Shown here: positions 39,600-53,824 of the stretch, piece after piece
Layout of the letters: every line of letters starts with the position of its first letter
Position numbering within the stretch: the first letter of the stretch is position 1
Assembly (NCBI RefSeq): GCF_031769215.1
Contig: NW_026782385.1
Coordinates: forward strand, 186,001-250,000
DNA: 64,000 nt
Direction of reading: 5' to 3'
Origin: Ylistrum balloti
Taxonomy: Eukaryota
Position numbers and translations under genes: made by a program
The notes under the pieces: model-generated
The model's database searches: none
Seen by the model: the letters and a program-made list of their open reading frames with translations, nothing else
Told to the model about the DNA's origin: nothing

Positions 39600-41455
39600 G
39601 TGGTCCATGCTTCATCAAGTGGTCCGTGGTCAGAGCTTAATTAAAATCAAGTTCGTGGTCAGTGCATCATTAAACCTAGTCCGTAGTCAGTGCATCATTA
39701 CATCTAAGTTCACGGTCAGTGCATCATTACATCTAATTTCGTGGTCAGTGCATCATTACATATAAGTTCTTGGTCAGTGCATCATTACATCTAAGTTCGT
39801 GATCAGTGATTCATTACATCTAAATTCGTGGTCAGTGCATCATTACATCTAAGTTCGTGGTCAGTGCATCATTGCATCTAAGTTCGTGGTCAGTGATTCA
39901 TTACATCTAAGTTCGTGGTCAGTGTATCGTTATATGTAAGTCCGTAGTCAGTGCATCATTACATCTAAGTTCACGGTCAGTGCATCATTACATCTAAGTT
40001 CGTGGTCAGTGCATCATTACATCTAAGTTCGTGGTCAGTGCATCATTACATCTAAGTTCACGGTCAGTGCACCATTACATCTAAGTTCGTGGTCAGTGCA
40101 TCATTACATTGAAGTTCGTTGTCAGTGCATCATTACATCTAAGTTCGTGGTCAATGCATCATTACATTGAAGTTCGTGGTCAGTGCATCATTACATCTAA
40201 GTTCGTAGTCAGTGCATCATTACATCTAAGTTCGTGGTCAGTGCATCATTACATCTAAGTTCGTTGTCAGTGCATCATTACATCTAAGTGGTCAGTGCAT
40301 CATTACATCTAAGTTCGTTGTCAGTGCATCATTACATCTAAGTTCGTGGTCAGTGCATCATTACATCTAAGTTCGTTGTCAGTGCACCATTACATCTAAG
40401 TTCGTGGTCAGTGCATCATTACATTGAAGTTCGTTGTCAGTGCATCATTACATCTAAGTTCGTGGTCAATGCATCATTACATTGAAGTTCGTGGCCAGTG
40501 CATCATTACATCTAAGTTCGTGGTCAGTGATTCATTACATCTAAGTTCGTGGTCAGTGCATCATTGCATCTAAGTTCGTGGTCAGTGATTCATTACATCT
40601 AAGTTCGTGGTCAGTGCATCATTATATTTAAGTCCGTAGTCAGTGAATCATTACATCTAAGTTCGTGGTCAGTGCATCATTACATCTAAGTTTGTGGTCA
40701 GTGCATCATTGCATCTAAGTTCGTGGTCAGTGATTCATTACATCTAAGTTCGTAGTCAGTGCATCATTACATCTAAGTTCGTGGTCAGTACATCATTACA
40801 TTTAAGTTCGTGGTCAGTGCATCATTACATCTAAGTTCGTGGTCAGTGCATAATAACATCTAAGTTCGTGGTCAGTACATCATTACATTTAAGTTCGTGG
40901 TCAGTGCATCATTACATCTAAGTTCGTGGTCAGTGCATAATAACATCTAAGTTCGTGGTCAGTGCATCATTACATCTAAGTTCGTTGTCAGTGCATCATT
41001 GCATCTAAGTTCGTGGTTAGTGCATCATTACATCTAAGTTCGTGGTCAGTGCATCATTACATCTAAGGTCGTGGTCAGTGCATCATTACATCTAAGTTCG
41101 TGGTCAGTGCATCATTACATCTAAGGTCGTGGTCAATGCATCATTACATCTAAGTTCGTTGTCAGTGCATCATTACATCTAAGTTCGTGGTTAGTGCATC
41201 ATTACATCTAAGGTCGTGGTCAGTGCATCATTACATCTAAGTTCGTGGTTAGTGCATCATTACATCTAAGTTCGTGGTCAGTGCATCATTACATCTAAGT
41301 TCGTGGTCAGTGTATCGTTATATTTAAGTCCATAGTCAGTGCATCATTACATCTAAGTTCGTGGTCAGTGCATCATTACATCTAAGTTCGTTGTCAGTGC
41401 ATCATTACATCTAAGTTCGTGGTCAGAGCTTCATTACATTTCAGATCATGGTCAT
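39600..41455. repeat. 29-bp minisatellite, about 62 copies
   Basis: Unit GTGGTCAGTGCATCATTACATCTAAGTTC with recurring variants and degenerate edges. No unique spacers. Confidence 0.98.
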
Positions 41456-42039
41456 AGCTAGTCCGGAGTCAGATAGAAGCACTGGTCGTCTTTGTACAGA
41501 AACAGTGAGCTGTACATGCTGTTTTAAGCATTTTCGTCTTTCTTTCTTTTAAAGCGATCGAAAATATTGCTATGTTGCTACTTGGATATAAAAGGACATG
41601 CGTGTCTCATTATTTCACGGATTAAATTTTCGCGGACACGTTGAAAATATTATTAATAAAAAATAACCACGTATACGGTATCAACACGCATATTGAGTAT
41701 ATCATATGAAGTTTTACCATTTTACTAGTTCTATTTAGAATGCAAGATTCAGCAACAGCAAGCTAAATGCATAATAACGCTTTGTCAGCGTCATTGAGAT
41801 CGTGAAATTTAATAAATAAATTCTAACAAATCGAGCTCATTTTTACTCTTAACGAATCATGATGTTCCCGGTTAAATGTCTGACATCTGCTGGTTTGGTT
41901 TCAAAGAATAGGAAGTAAGGCAGTGATGTATAAACGTCTGAACGGGAAAGCTTTCGCCGACTCAACCTTTAATCACAAAGTGCACACTGGTAGACAAAGC
42001 TTCTATATAACATAAGCGGTAGATTCAACAATATCGAAA

Positions 42040-42760
42040 GTCTACGAAACAGAAACCGCATCGGTTTTTGAAAAAGTATGGTTTGCAAAGCGAAAATAGA
42101 ACTGATGGTAACTAACCAGTTCTAAATCCGGAATAAAAGAAGAGAATTTGAAGAATCTGCACAGTCCATAAGTAACATGTTTGATACAACAACAGCCCAC
42201 AGCCCGCCTTTGGCGTTGGAAGTAACGTTGCTGACATTGTGCATTTTTTTCTGAAGCAAGACCAAGGTATAACAGACACCGCCAACAAGATATCAGCTGT
42301 AAGGATTGTGTGGAGGGAATCTCTATATCATCATGGAACATTTGTAGATGTTTATGGTAAATTAGAGTCCGAAGACTTTGTTGATATTATAACAAAACAT
42401 AATATTATTTGTCCGTGTGAATACTGGGTTGAAAAAGATAACGCGATAGAATGGAAAAAGCATGAAAGTTTTTTGTTCCAAAGACTTCATGGTAAATGTG
42501 GTGGAATTGTTTTGTATTTATTAGATCAAGTCTAAATATTGTTCTGTTGTGGACAACATTAATGATAATATCATGTTGATAAAGCTAGCAAGATCGTTAT
42601 CTAATGATGACATCGATATTCATATTTTTCTTAATACTTTCCTCCAATCAACAGCACTTTCGATGAGAATGTGATAATGATCAACCGTGAGATCGTATGA
42701 TCTATGTATACGCCAATTTTCATTATCCTATTTTAAACGCAAGCAATTTTATACTCTGGA
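42040..42760 (+). mobile_element. Degenerate LINE fragment (APE endonuclease N-terminal region)
   Basis: ORF 42239-42535 gives KLESEDFVDIITKHNIICPCEYW...GGIVLY, resembling the APE start (DIICLCETW...GG); downstream remnants are broken. Confidence 0.55.
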
Positions 42761-42879
42761 TATGATATTTGACAAAGGGCAATACATCTGTAAATGAAGG
42801 ATTGATGACCCCGAATTTTGTACACAGCATATTGTCTTAATATAGTCAGTGTATACACTAAGATCCGTGATACTTGCTT

Positions 42880-43400
42880 AATAGTGAGCAAAGTTATGCT
42901 CCGGACAAGAAGGTGTTATCGAAGGGCAATAACTCTGTAATTGAGGGGTTGTAGGCCCTAACATTTTTGTATTGCACAATGTCGTTGTATAAACAATTTA
43001 TAAACCCAGTTTCGATATCCTAGTTTACGTGCAAGCAATCAAAAGTTTTTTGCTGTAAAGAGACACATACATTTCGCAAATGGCAATAACTCCCTAACTA
43101 ATTGGTTGCAGGTCATGAATTTTGCACACTGCACATAGTCTCAGTATGATCAATGTATACAAGAAGTTTCATTACTCTAATTGAAATGCAAGCAAAGTAA
43201 TGCTCCGAAACACGAAAAGCAATAACTCTAATTGAGGCGTCGAAGGATATTTGGTAAATTTACAACAAATTTCATGATCATTGTTTCTCGTGGGCAAAGT
43301 TATGCTCCGGACACGAAAGGACAGACGGACTGACGGACGGACAAGGTGGAGACTATATGCTTCCCAACCCCCACCCCTAAATGGTTCGATGAGCATAAGA
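42880..43400. mobile_element. Non-autonomous interspersed repeat remnant with internal direct repeats
   Basis: GCAAAGTTATGCTCCGGAC-like motif occurs three times, GCAATAACTC recurs, and there is a GGAC/GACG microsatellite. Family not assigned. Confidence 0.45.
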
Positions 43401-45299
43401 AAATACAAATGAATACATAAAAAATAAATAATTGCAAATGAAGCCAAAACCATTAGTAAGCATCAAAAGGCTCGTCTCTATTAAATGCAACACAGTCGAA
43501 GGATGGTGATGTGTTGCGTGGTACAATTACAAGTGCATTACCTGACATGCTGTGGTAATGAATATGATATGGTCTGCCGCACATAATCAGAGACGTCCTA
43601 AAAAGTTAAACAGGTGTCACGCATTTGCTATGTAACGCCTATGTAAATCATTTTCATTTGGAGATATAAATTGAAATGTACAGGTATTGTCGGTTATACC
43701 ACTGGTTTGGCGGCTGGGTGTATCCCGATTTGCTCACTTTTTTTAAAATAACATGGCCAGTGGGATGTTGTTAGAAGGAATATAGTATATTTCAGATGAA
43801 TTTACCTGTTCGTTTACATTTGACTTACCTGTGGTTACTTGTATCATCTACTCTATGTTAAAAGCTGATATCACATGAAATGATTGGAATTTCCTTGAGA
43901 GTTTAAATAGTCACTCAGGGTTTACTTATTCTTACTTATTATTAATATGCTACTGAAAATAAGGACAAAAAAAGATCTTCGATAATTCAATAAATTTAAT
44001 TGGTTCTATGACATTTGAGAACGTAGCTTTCAACGCCTGACACCATTGATTTAAAAGAAATAAATCACACCAGTATCACGTGTCCCTGTCTATAGTATCT
44101 AGTATGACATTTCAGGTATCAAATCACATAGATTTAAAAACACGGGTTAATCAAATATAAAATGTATGGTAGGTGTGGAAATTTGTTGATCAGGCTAGCG
44201 CTAGTCGAAATCATTTATATGTAAATGTAAGTCTATAATGGTATGGCTGCCAGTTTTGATATATTGTAATAATAAAACCAATAGAAGAGACTACAACTAT
44301 ATATGATCATTATGTTTCATTTTCGGTTTGAGTGTATACGTACAGAATTATTTGTTTCTTTCCGTACGATATGTACTACATAGTGCAATCTGTATTTATA
44401 GAAGATATATCCATGACAGGTAGTATCTATATATCTACTTGACATCACTATGTGTCATGTTAAATCGTGTGTCTAGTTCTACACATAGTTCATTCTTACG
44501 AAATGTTTTGAACTGTAAGACATACAAAAATATAGTTTTTGGGTACCCTGATTATGTTTCAGCCCCGAGTACAGTTTGTACTGTTTTGAAGTTTCGTTCA
44601 CATCTAACTCAGCTTGTGAGTATTTTGTATACACATGTACGATATGAAAGTAGCACATGTATATAGCTAAAATAAAATTTTACACCGCCATATGTACCTC
44701 CAGGTTGAGGCCGATTGCATCTCAAATTAATATCATCATTATTATTGTCATTCTAAACTTGGAATTTACCACTGATAGTTATCATTCTATTATTATTACT
44801 GTTATTATTCTTTGATTTGATCTATTCACTTTCTAAACACCAAAAACAACTTTGTATGATTACATTATTCGGCTTTGATAAGAACGTACCTTAACGTTAC
44901 AATGCTATTTATAATCAAACCATTGTATATCAATCTGTATCAGGACTGAGTTGATTACCCTCACCTTAAATATGTATATATTCATGCTTTCTGTTACTTT
45001 ATCTTGCCTTTCTATTTCCCTTTCTATCTCAATATTCCTGAACTTATCGACTTTCTTTCCTAAACTTTGTTCCATTGCTTCCCTTATTCCTTCCTTTGTG
45101 TCGAAACTCACTTTCTTCTCTCTCGAACCAACCCCTACTTTCAACTTTCCTCACAAACCTCTACTTCCTACTATATATGTTATATTGTTACTCGGATGAT
45201 GTATTGTTTTATGCTCGAAAAAGTATCACTAGACGCCTCCATACTGTCAGTAATTATTATTTTACCCTCCCTAATGGGAAGTTGTATTGATTCTTGGAG

Positions 45300-45672
45300 G
45301 TGCGCTATTGTTGTCTCAGAAGGATCTTCGGGATTCGATGGGAGCAGCATATCTCGAATAACACAGTTCTGGAGATGGCAGGGACAATGAAGATAAACCA
45401 GGAGGTGAGAAGAAGGAGATGGAGCTGGATTGGACACGCCCAGAGGAAGGATCAACGAGATGACTGTGCTGTTGCACTCGGATGGACAAAAGAGGGGGGG
45501 AAAGGAAAAAAGGCCGCCCAAAAACAACATGGCGAAGAATGGTGGAGATGGAGCGGAATGGTGCTGGCTGGAGTACCTTGAACTCTGCACGCCGTGCCGA
45601 CGAAGATCTAAAACAGTGGAGAAGGGATGTCCAAGTCTTGTGTGCCTCCTGGCACAGAGAGAATAAAGGTAA
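45300..45672 (+). mobile_element. RTE-clade LINE 3' end fragment
   Basis: CLRRIFGIRW...ISN...RRRRWSWIGH and frameshifted RKKGRPKTTWRR...W, the typical RTE ORF C-terminus. Confidence 0.85.
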
Positions 45673-45959
45673 GGTTAGACTCTTGAACAAACTGGATTCC
45701 TTTGTCAGTGTGTTAAAAAAAGCTATATATTCTAGTATTGTGTTCGCCTTTTTATGTTTTTTGCAAGCGTTAAATAAAAAAATAATGTGGTTATAGTTTT
45801 ATTGTTGAATTTTTTGTTATTGTGCAACATTAATCAAATTACCAGTACTTCTCGAACACTAACACAAACGAATCTTTTACTTTAAAGATAAATTCTACAA
45901 GCATGAAAAACTTAGTTAATCTGTTAAATTTTTACTCTTTTCTTGGTTTCGAAATTTGA

Positions 45960-48900
45960 TTTATTCCGAGGTTTTAATATTACTGTAATTGGTGTATATG
46001 GATGTTGAAACCAATCCTGGCCCGAGTTTTGATGAGCTTTAAGTGTTTCACCTAAATGTCAGAAGTGTTAGGAATAGGTTAGATTACATTGGAGATGTAG
46101 CTGCAGAATACGATATTGTTTGCCTTACTGAAAGTCATTTGGATGACCAAGTGTGTACAGATGATCTACTTATACCAGGTTTTCATGCTCCGTTCAGGTT
46201 AGAGAGAAATTTTGCTGGTGGTGGTATTATTGCCAATGTAAACGATCTATTAAAAGTGAAACGCTTATTTGATTTAGAATATCCAGGTGATGAAGTAATC
46301 TGGTTACAAATTGTCTTAAATCATACCAACTTTATCATTTGTACTGTATACCGGCCCGAAAGTTCAGTCATACCACTCTGGGAAAACCTTCAGGCGTCTA
46401 TTTACAATGCCTTTGATATTTCTCCAAATTTGATTATTACTGGGGATTTTAATGTTGATTTACTAACTGTTACACCATATCATATTTTTGTAGATATCAT
46501 TAGTTCTTTTAGTTTCTGAAATGTTATACATGGACCTACGCGTATAGGTCTAACTAGGTCTAGTCTACTCGATCCAATTTTATTGAGTGATTTCTTATAC
46601 AGTATTGATTCTTCTGTCATTAATATAGATAGAACTGTCAGTGATCATGAAGGTTGTACTGTCAGTATTAAAAAACCATGTACTTTAAAATCTGTGTATA
46701 AACGCAAGATTTGGTTGTATAAAAGAGCAGATTTCGCTAAGTTAAATAATTTTATCTTTCAGTTTGCTTGGAGTGGTTCTTTGTCAAATGCTCATTCAGT
46801 AGATACGGCGTGCGAAACTTTTACCAATGTTTTTATTAATTTTGCAAAACAGTGTATACCTACTAAAGAAGTTGTAATTAGGCCAAACGACAAACGCTGG
46901 AAGACATCAGATTTGAGAAAAAATATTAGATTTCGAAACCGATTACATAAGATAGCGAGAATATCGCAACTTCCTCGGGATTTACAAAATTTCAAAAATC
47001 AGCGTATTTAGGTAAATAACATAAAGAAATATACTCGTCTTAATTTTTACGACAATGTCCATGGCATCATTGATAACTATTTCTGTTCGGATCCCAAGGC
47101 GTGTTGGAGGTTGATGAAGAGATTGATGAAATCTGGTGGTGCATCACAAACTATCCCTACCCTAGTAGATCCTGTTACCGACAATATGATCACTAGTGAT
47201 GAAGATAAGTCTAATTTGTTAAATGATTACTTTGTAGTGTAACTTGTATTGATGATAGCAATTCTCAGGTTCCTGATGTTCCGCCAAAAACCAAATTCCA
47301 ATCTCAATTCAATTAGACTAAGCCACAGTGAAATTAGAGATGTGTTAAAAATATTGAAACTCGACAAAGCCTCGGGCCATGATGAAATCAGTCATTACAT
47401 GTTGAGGAATGTTTGTAACATTATTTAATATGTCACTCTCTACTGGTGTTTATCTTAAATTGTGGAAACTAGCAAAAGTTATGCCTTTATTTAAGAAACG
47501 TGATAGGTATTCTCCTTCAAATCGTCCAATTTCTCTGTTGTCCACTGTTGGTAAGGTTTTTGAACGTGTTATCTTTAGGCAAATCTATAACTACTTTGTT
47601 GGAAATTCGCTGTTTTATAAATATCAATCTGGATTTCGAACAGGACATTCGACAGTATATCAATTAATAGAAATGTATCATAATCTCTGTTTATCGCTTG
47701 AACAAAGAAAACATACTTGTGTTGTATTCTGTGATATTTCTAAAGCCTCTGATCGTGTCTGGCACAAGGGTTTGCTATCAAAACTGAAATCCGATGGAAT
47801 AGGAGGGAAATTACTGGCTTGGTTAAATGATTACTTGCATCAAAGGCAACAAATTGTATGTTTTAATGATTCTTCTTCGAAAATGGTTTCTATTGATGCA
47901 GGGGTTCCACAAGGTTCAATCCTTGGTCCTTTGTTGTTTTTTGATATATATAAATGATAAAGCAAATATGTTTTATTCTGCATCTCGTATTTTCGCTGAT
48001 GACACCCTACTCCATTATTCTTCTTCTTCCTCGTGTCTTGAAATTGAAACTACTCTAAATAAAGATCTCGAATACCTTAGTACGTGGGCTAAAACTGACT
48101 GGGTTGATAACTTTTAATCCTGCTAAAACAGATGTACTATTTACTAAAATAGAAACGACATTGATGGTTTATTGGAACTTGAATTTGATGGAAGCTTCTT
48201 AGACTTTACAGATAAACATTTAGGTGTTACTCTTAACTCAGTTCTCAAATGGGGAGACCATATAGAAGCAGTATATACTTCGGTCATGAAAAAATAAATG
48301 TCATGAGAAAATTGAAATTTATATTAAAACGAGATGCTCTATTGAGAATTTACCGAACATTTATTTTATCTGTTTTAGAATATGGATGCGAATTGTGGGA
48401 TAATTGCACTAGTTCCGAATCGAAAAAGTAAGAAAAAGCTCAACGTGAAGCAGCCAGAATTATCACAGGTCTTCCATCTTACACAAGTAATCAATCTTTA
48501 TACTTTGAAACAGGTTTAGAAACTCTATCGACTAGAAGAAAGAGAAGAAAACTTCAGCTTTTGTATAAGATACTTAATAATCAAACTCCGGATTATCTTT
48601 CCTATTGACTTCCCTCCTCTATCCAAGACGATGTTCGATTTCTTTTAAGAAACAAACGATGACAGAGTACCATACAGTAGATTAACTAGCTCCCCTTTCT
48701 TTCCGTCAACCGTTCATTCTTGGAATTCTCTTGAAAACTCTGTAAGATCATAGGCTTCTTTAAGTATTTTCAAAAGTTCACTTAAACCTAGTAATCAAAT
48801 TTCTCCTCCTTCTCACTTTGGCATTGGCAACCGCAAACTTGATATTATCAACACGAAGCTTAGACACCAGTGTCGTTCTTTAAATTACGACTTATTCCGT

Positions 48901-49148
48901 TGAGCCTTGTGGGAACACCTAGCTGCACATGTGGAAATATTTGTGAGAATGCCTGTATTTATTTCTTTGTATGTGGTCGTTTTGATACTGAAAGAAATAT
49001 TCTCTTTCAGAATCTAAACGACTCAGATTTGCAGGTTCCTTGTGATATAGATTTGCTTTTCTTTGGTAACAACGAATTGTCGCATGATACAAATTGTAAA
49101 ATTTTCTTATGTGTTCAGCACCTTTTAAAGTCCAGTAGCAGGTTTTGA
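45960..49148 (+). mobile_element. Near-complete decayed CR1-group LINE ORF2 (2A-like peptide, APE, RT)
   Basis: DVETNPGP at 46001-46024; FHLNVRS, CLTESHL, GDFN, SDH (APE); KASGHDEIS, RPISLLS, GVPQGSILGP, FADDT (RT); C-terminal CTCG motif; stop at 49148; multiple stops and frameshifts. Confidence 0.93.
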
Positions 49149-51546
49149 GTATAACGTTTCATGCCATTTTCAATATTTAAATCCGATGTAACTGATACAT
49201 CATTCTTTGTCTTACAAAACGTGAACAAATCTAGAACCTCCTGGTTTGGCATTGTCAACACTGTGTATATGTACTTGATATTCTGCTAAAATATTCAGAC
49301 ACATATGAAATACGATTTTTATTGAATTAGCATCACTGACGGCCCCTCGAAGAACGAAACAGCCATATACAGCTATTTATATTCTCCCTTTGCCCGAATA
49401 TAAATTAATTACTTTCTAAAGAATAACTACAACGCAATGAATTGGAAGGATACTCGCTACTCTTTTAGTTACCACAATTCGTTCATATAACCACAACAAT
49501 GTCAATGCTTTTGCTATTCTGTCCGTATATTATACATGTATATTCCCCAACTTTAACAACAAATGAACACAACACCCCCCAATTTAAAAAAAACTTTAAC
49601 AGACGCACTCATGGCATTTTTTTTTAAGTTTACACGTCTGAACCTGACGTGTAGCGAGCATCGAAATGACCTTTCCCCACTCTACCCGTGCGCGCATCAC
49701 GTGCTAACCGACGATACCCGGAAATCACCGAAAGTTAATTACATTTCCACGAGCTACCATTGGTTACACTTCATTTAGGATTATCGAGTCGTAGACACGA
49801 TAGCGCACAGGTAGAAAGAGGCAAGTAGTCATGGATGATTGACTTATCAAATTACTCATCCGTACACCATGGTTATATAAGTATATGTTGTAGCCTCTGT
49901 AAAACGAAGGTGTAGCACATCGAATTCTTTCGAATCTGAATCCGTGATAGCACACATATCCATGTTCAAAATCACGAACAAAAAAACCACCTTCATTGAT
50001 TATTATAAAAATCAGAGTGTTACAATTCAGTTCAAAAATATCTCTAAATTTGTAATAAAAAGCGTTAATCATTTGTGTGTATTTTTTGTACAATCTTATA
50101 TCATCAGTAAGCGTATTGCATATTAATACGAAAGTAAGCTATGATTAAGATGAGACTCAAATAATAACAAATGTGTGGGTGACTGGGTCTGAGCTTTCAT
50201 ACAAATTGTACAGTTCACGATTTATCTACATAACCGAAACCTACTCAAAATTTTCATTCGTACATCAATATGCATGTATTTAACATGGCCGAGAAGAAAT
50301 ATTTATCCTGGTAGTAAAGGTTACAATTTTGATATGAATATAAAGTCACTCTTAACGAACCACCATCAAAAGATATAAAAGTTATGTATTACAAAATGCC
50401 TTATTCCTCCAAAACGCACAAACACAAGAACATTCGTGTGATTTATTTGGTCGGTTAATATATTTATACTACAACGTAGCTCTTTCGTGATGGTAAATCT
50501 TAGGAATTATTTTGTAAATATTGGTATATGGTTTGGCGACATTCCATCCCAAGATGTGACAACCCCCACCCCCAGTCAACAAAAATACAAAAAAAAAAAA
50601 CAACAAAAAAACAAAAAAAACTGCTAGTCATTATTTTCTTTCGAGTATTCATGCCAAGCTTGTATGTTTCATGTACAATTGAACTACCAATTCTAAATGG
50701 AGTTATCTCCCGTTCACAGCGTAGAACGTTTTAAAAGCTGAAGTATATCACGGAAATGAAGTTGATTGTAGTGAAATTTTTTTTGACAGTTTCCATTTGT
50801 CCTTTACTAAATCAGACTTCAAAGTTTAATTGGTGGTATCGATCAAGTGTTTTATTGGAACAACTAACACCATACCTGTATACTTCATGCTTGCTGATTT
50901 ACACGTAATTAATACATAATGCATGTCTAGCTACTTGTGCGCTAATGAGGTTTTACTTGCAACGTGATAAACAGACACATACAATATCTGATCTAATAAA
51001 TGGTAATGACATTCATATGCTTTTTACTAATGTTGCGGATGTCTTTATTACATCTAGTAATTTTTTTAACTTACCTATCCGGAAACAAGTACATGAATAA
51101 ACCATTTTTTTTCAGACCTCAACTGACCATTGTTGGTTGTTTATATGTCTTTGTTCGCGACTGCCAACTGAGACGGGCTGTCGGGATTAAATTAATCCAG
51201 TCGCATAGTGTAGTGGACATAATTACTACAACTACGACTGCCATTGTACTGTATTTCTACAAACACCCGCAGGTAGTGTGACGCAGGGGTATAATACAAA
51301 GAGCTCATTTATACAACTAGCCAATGTCAACATCATTCTCTGTTTATACCTGAATCGATTCGCGGCACACCTTCTAACGCTCCTGACTAATATAGATATT
51401 TATTTTAAGCCCGTGGATAGCGTGCATATTACAAGGAGGAAAATTCACTGAAGCGTGTCGAAGAGACCGTCGAGCAAGAAACGGGTACTCTGCTTAGTGG
51501 AATACGTGAAAAATACTTCATTTGGTTTGATAAGAAGAGACAGAAG

Positions 51547-51640
51547 ATGCCGTTGTCCATTAAGAAAGTGTTTGTGGCTCTTCTGTCAGTTGTTACGTTG
51601 CTTGTGATTGGATTACTAAGTATTACACATGTTGGACCAG
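51547..51640 (+). CDS. Probable first coding exon of a type II membrane or secreted protein (MPLSIKKVFVALLSVVTLLVIGLLSITHVGP)
   Basis: ATG, short basic tail KK, about 19 hydrophobic residues, consensus donor CCAG|GTAAGT at 51641. Downstream exons not identified. Confidence 0.55.
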
Positions 51641-53339
51641 GTAAGTGATGTTTATAAACAAAAAAACTCTCTCCATTTCTCCGTTTAGATGTAAATCATC
51701 TCGGATTGATACTTGTAAAGGCACTTAATTGGATTTTAGACAACTACCTGTATTTTACATATGTATATGTACCAGATTAGCGGTAGCTGGAATAAAAAAA
51801 TCTGTATTGTGTAGTTAGAGTAATATCAATTATCATTGAAAGTCAAAATAACAGCGTAAAACAGACTGAGTTTCGAGTGTTGTATCAGATTTCTAAACAT
51901 GTGTTGTAGACCGTAACACTAAACAGTACTATATCCTTGTATATTTTATATTGCCAAGGTTATAGTGAAAAGCAACGCATTGATGTCATAATATTTTGTG
52001 TTAGTGAAAAACATGAGCAGTTATAATTGACATTTTTTCCATAGTGTTATGTGCGTATAACAAAGGTGAAATCCTTTCGATGAGATCACATCTAAACACG
52101 TACGACGTGTTTCGATATGCGAATAGAGATGGTGTCGGACATATGTTCATCAGTAATGAAAAAAAGCACTATGCATTTTAGTGTTTGACATTCACAAGTA
52201 ATCCCATTTCGTCACGCCCTTCAAACTCATTTCTAATTAATGTTAAACAAAAAGACGATGTATTGAAAACGTTGTTTTACTCAAAGTGAGTAGTGTGCAG
52301 TATTCCTCCAGAGAGACAATCTTCACATGAATTATGAATTAAACATATTTATTGCAAAAAATATTACAACAGGATTAGGTACAAGTTATTACAACTTATG
52401 AAACACCCTTCACATTCATCGTAGCGAAATGAAATAAGTGTGACATATTTAACCCCTCACCCCCCACACACCCCACCCAACCCCCATTTTTCCATTTTGT
52501 CCTTTTATCGACGAAATATGGATATTTCAAAAAAGAAAACTGTAAGATGGTGTGTTTTCATCAGGTGTCCTAAAAAGAAAGCGCGCGTGAGTAGGATCCA
52601 CACAGGACAGAGAATAGGAGTACGCCGGAAGGCAACGTAGAGTATATTGTAACTAATTGTTCAAGAACTGTCCAGACCGGTTATACCAAGCTAATTGGAA
52701 GCGTTTCTAGATCTTGCATTCTAGATTTTATACCGTTGACCTATATGGTAAATAAGTTTCAATTTGATTTGGACGAAAACAATGACGTCATGATTGAATA
52801 TTAGAGAACTGTGTGGATCTTGTATAGCATTGATATCCAAACGTTACAGTGCAATATGAAGAAACGAAAATAGTAACTACAGAAACTACATGTAGCCGCT
52901 GGAATTTGCAAATACAACGATTTGTTTGTATGTAATGGCAGCGTTAGTGATGACCAAAACAAAGGTAGTTTGACATGGATTTATGCTCGTCGAGACTTTT
53001 TTTTAAATTTGTGAAGAATTTTTAAGTTTTAGCATTTGATTTACTGTTGTCTGGTGTCCACTGTTCATTGTCTGTATTGCCATGCGCTAAGATAGCTAAA
53101 TTAAGATCGTGAGAGTATTATCAATGTATTACCTCTTACCTATTCCCTCTCCTATGATAGACTTTATATCATATATATTTAATATTGTAATACTTTGTAA
53201 ATTCCGTAAATTTCATATCATTAGTACTTATATACTGTGCATATATAAACATGTATACTTAAACATGTCTAGTTCATGAATTGCATTGATTATCTATTAA
53301 CTTGTATACATGTTTTTGTAACTCTTCAAATTGGAGGAA

Positions 53340-53370
<31 letters not shown>

Positions 53371-53824
53371 GAATCTAAAACCCACTTGTTCAGTGACAAG
53401 ATTGAAAATGATAGAAGTAAAGAAATGTATGATATTATTGAACATGTAGGTAGTAGTGTAATGGTCTGGAACAGTAAAACTACACAAGTTCATCACTTTG
53501 ATAGCCTCAAGTCTGTTTCCAAAACCTGATTTGATTAGGAACGTAGAAACACTAGAAAGTTAATTAAAAGACGTTGTCATCGCCTATTTCGAAAGTACAA
53601 AACTAATATATTTTTGAACTAAATGCAACACTCCGATATTTGAACTCCGGATTCGTGCTTTTCCTTTGGGACTCCTTCAAAATTTGAAAACCCACTATAT
53701 GTCTCATTGTTGGGACTCGGCAAAATTTTTGAATTGGTATTCTGGACTCAACTGAAAAAATCCTACAAGAAATACTGATGTCGTACAATTCAACTATGTA
53801 TAAAAACATTTGTAAGCACACAGG

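Noticed and set aside
44905-45590. Overlapping ORFs on both strands
   Set aside because: Shadows of the RTE fragment and of pyrimidine-rich low-complexity sequence.
53450-53500. tRNA A-box-like TAGTGTAATGGT
   Set aside because: No B box or cloverleaf downstream.
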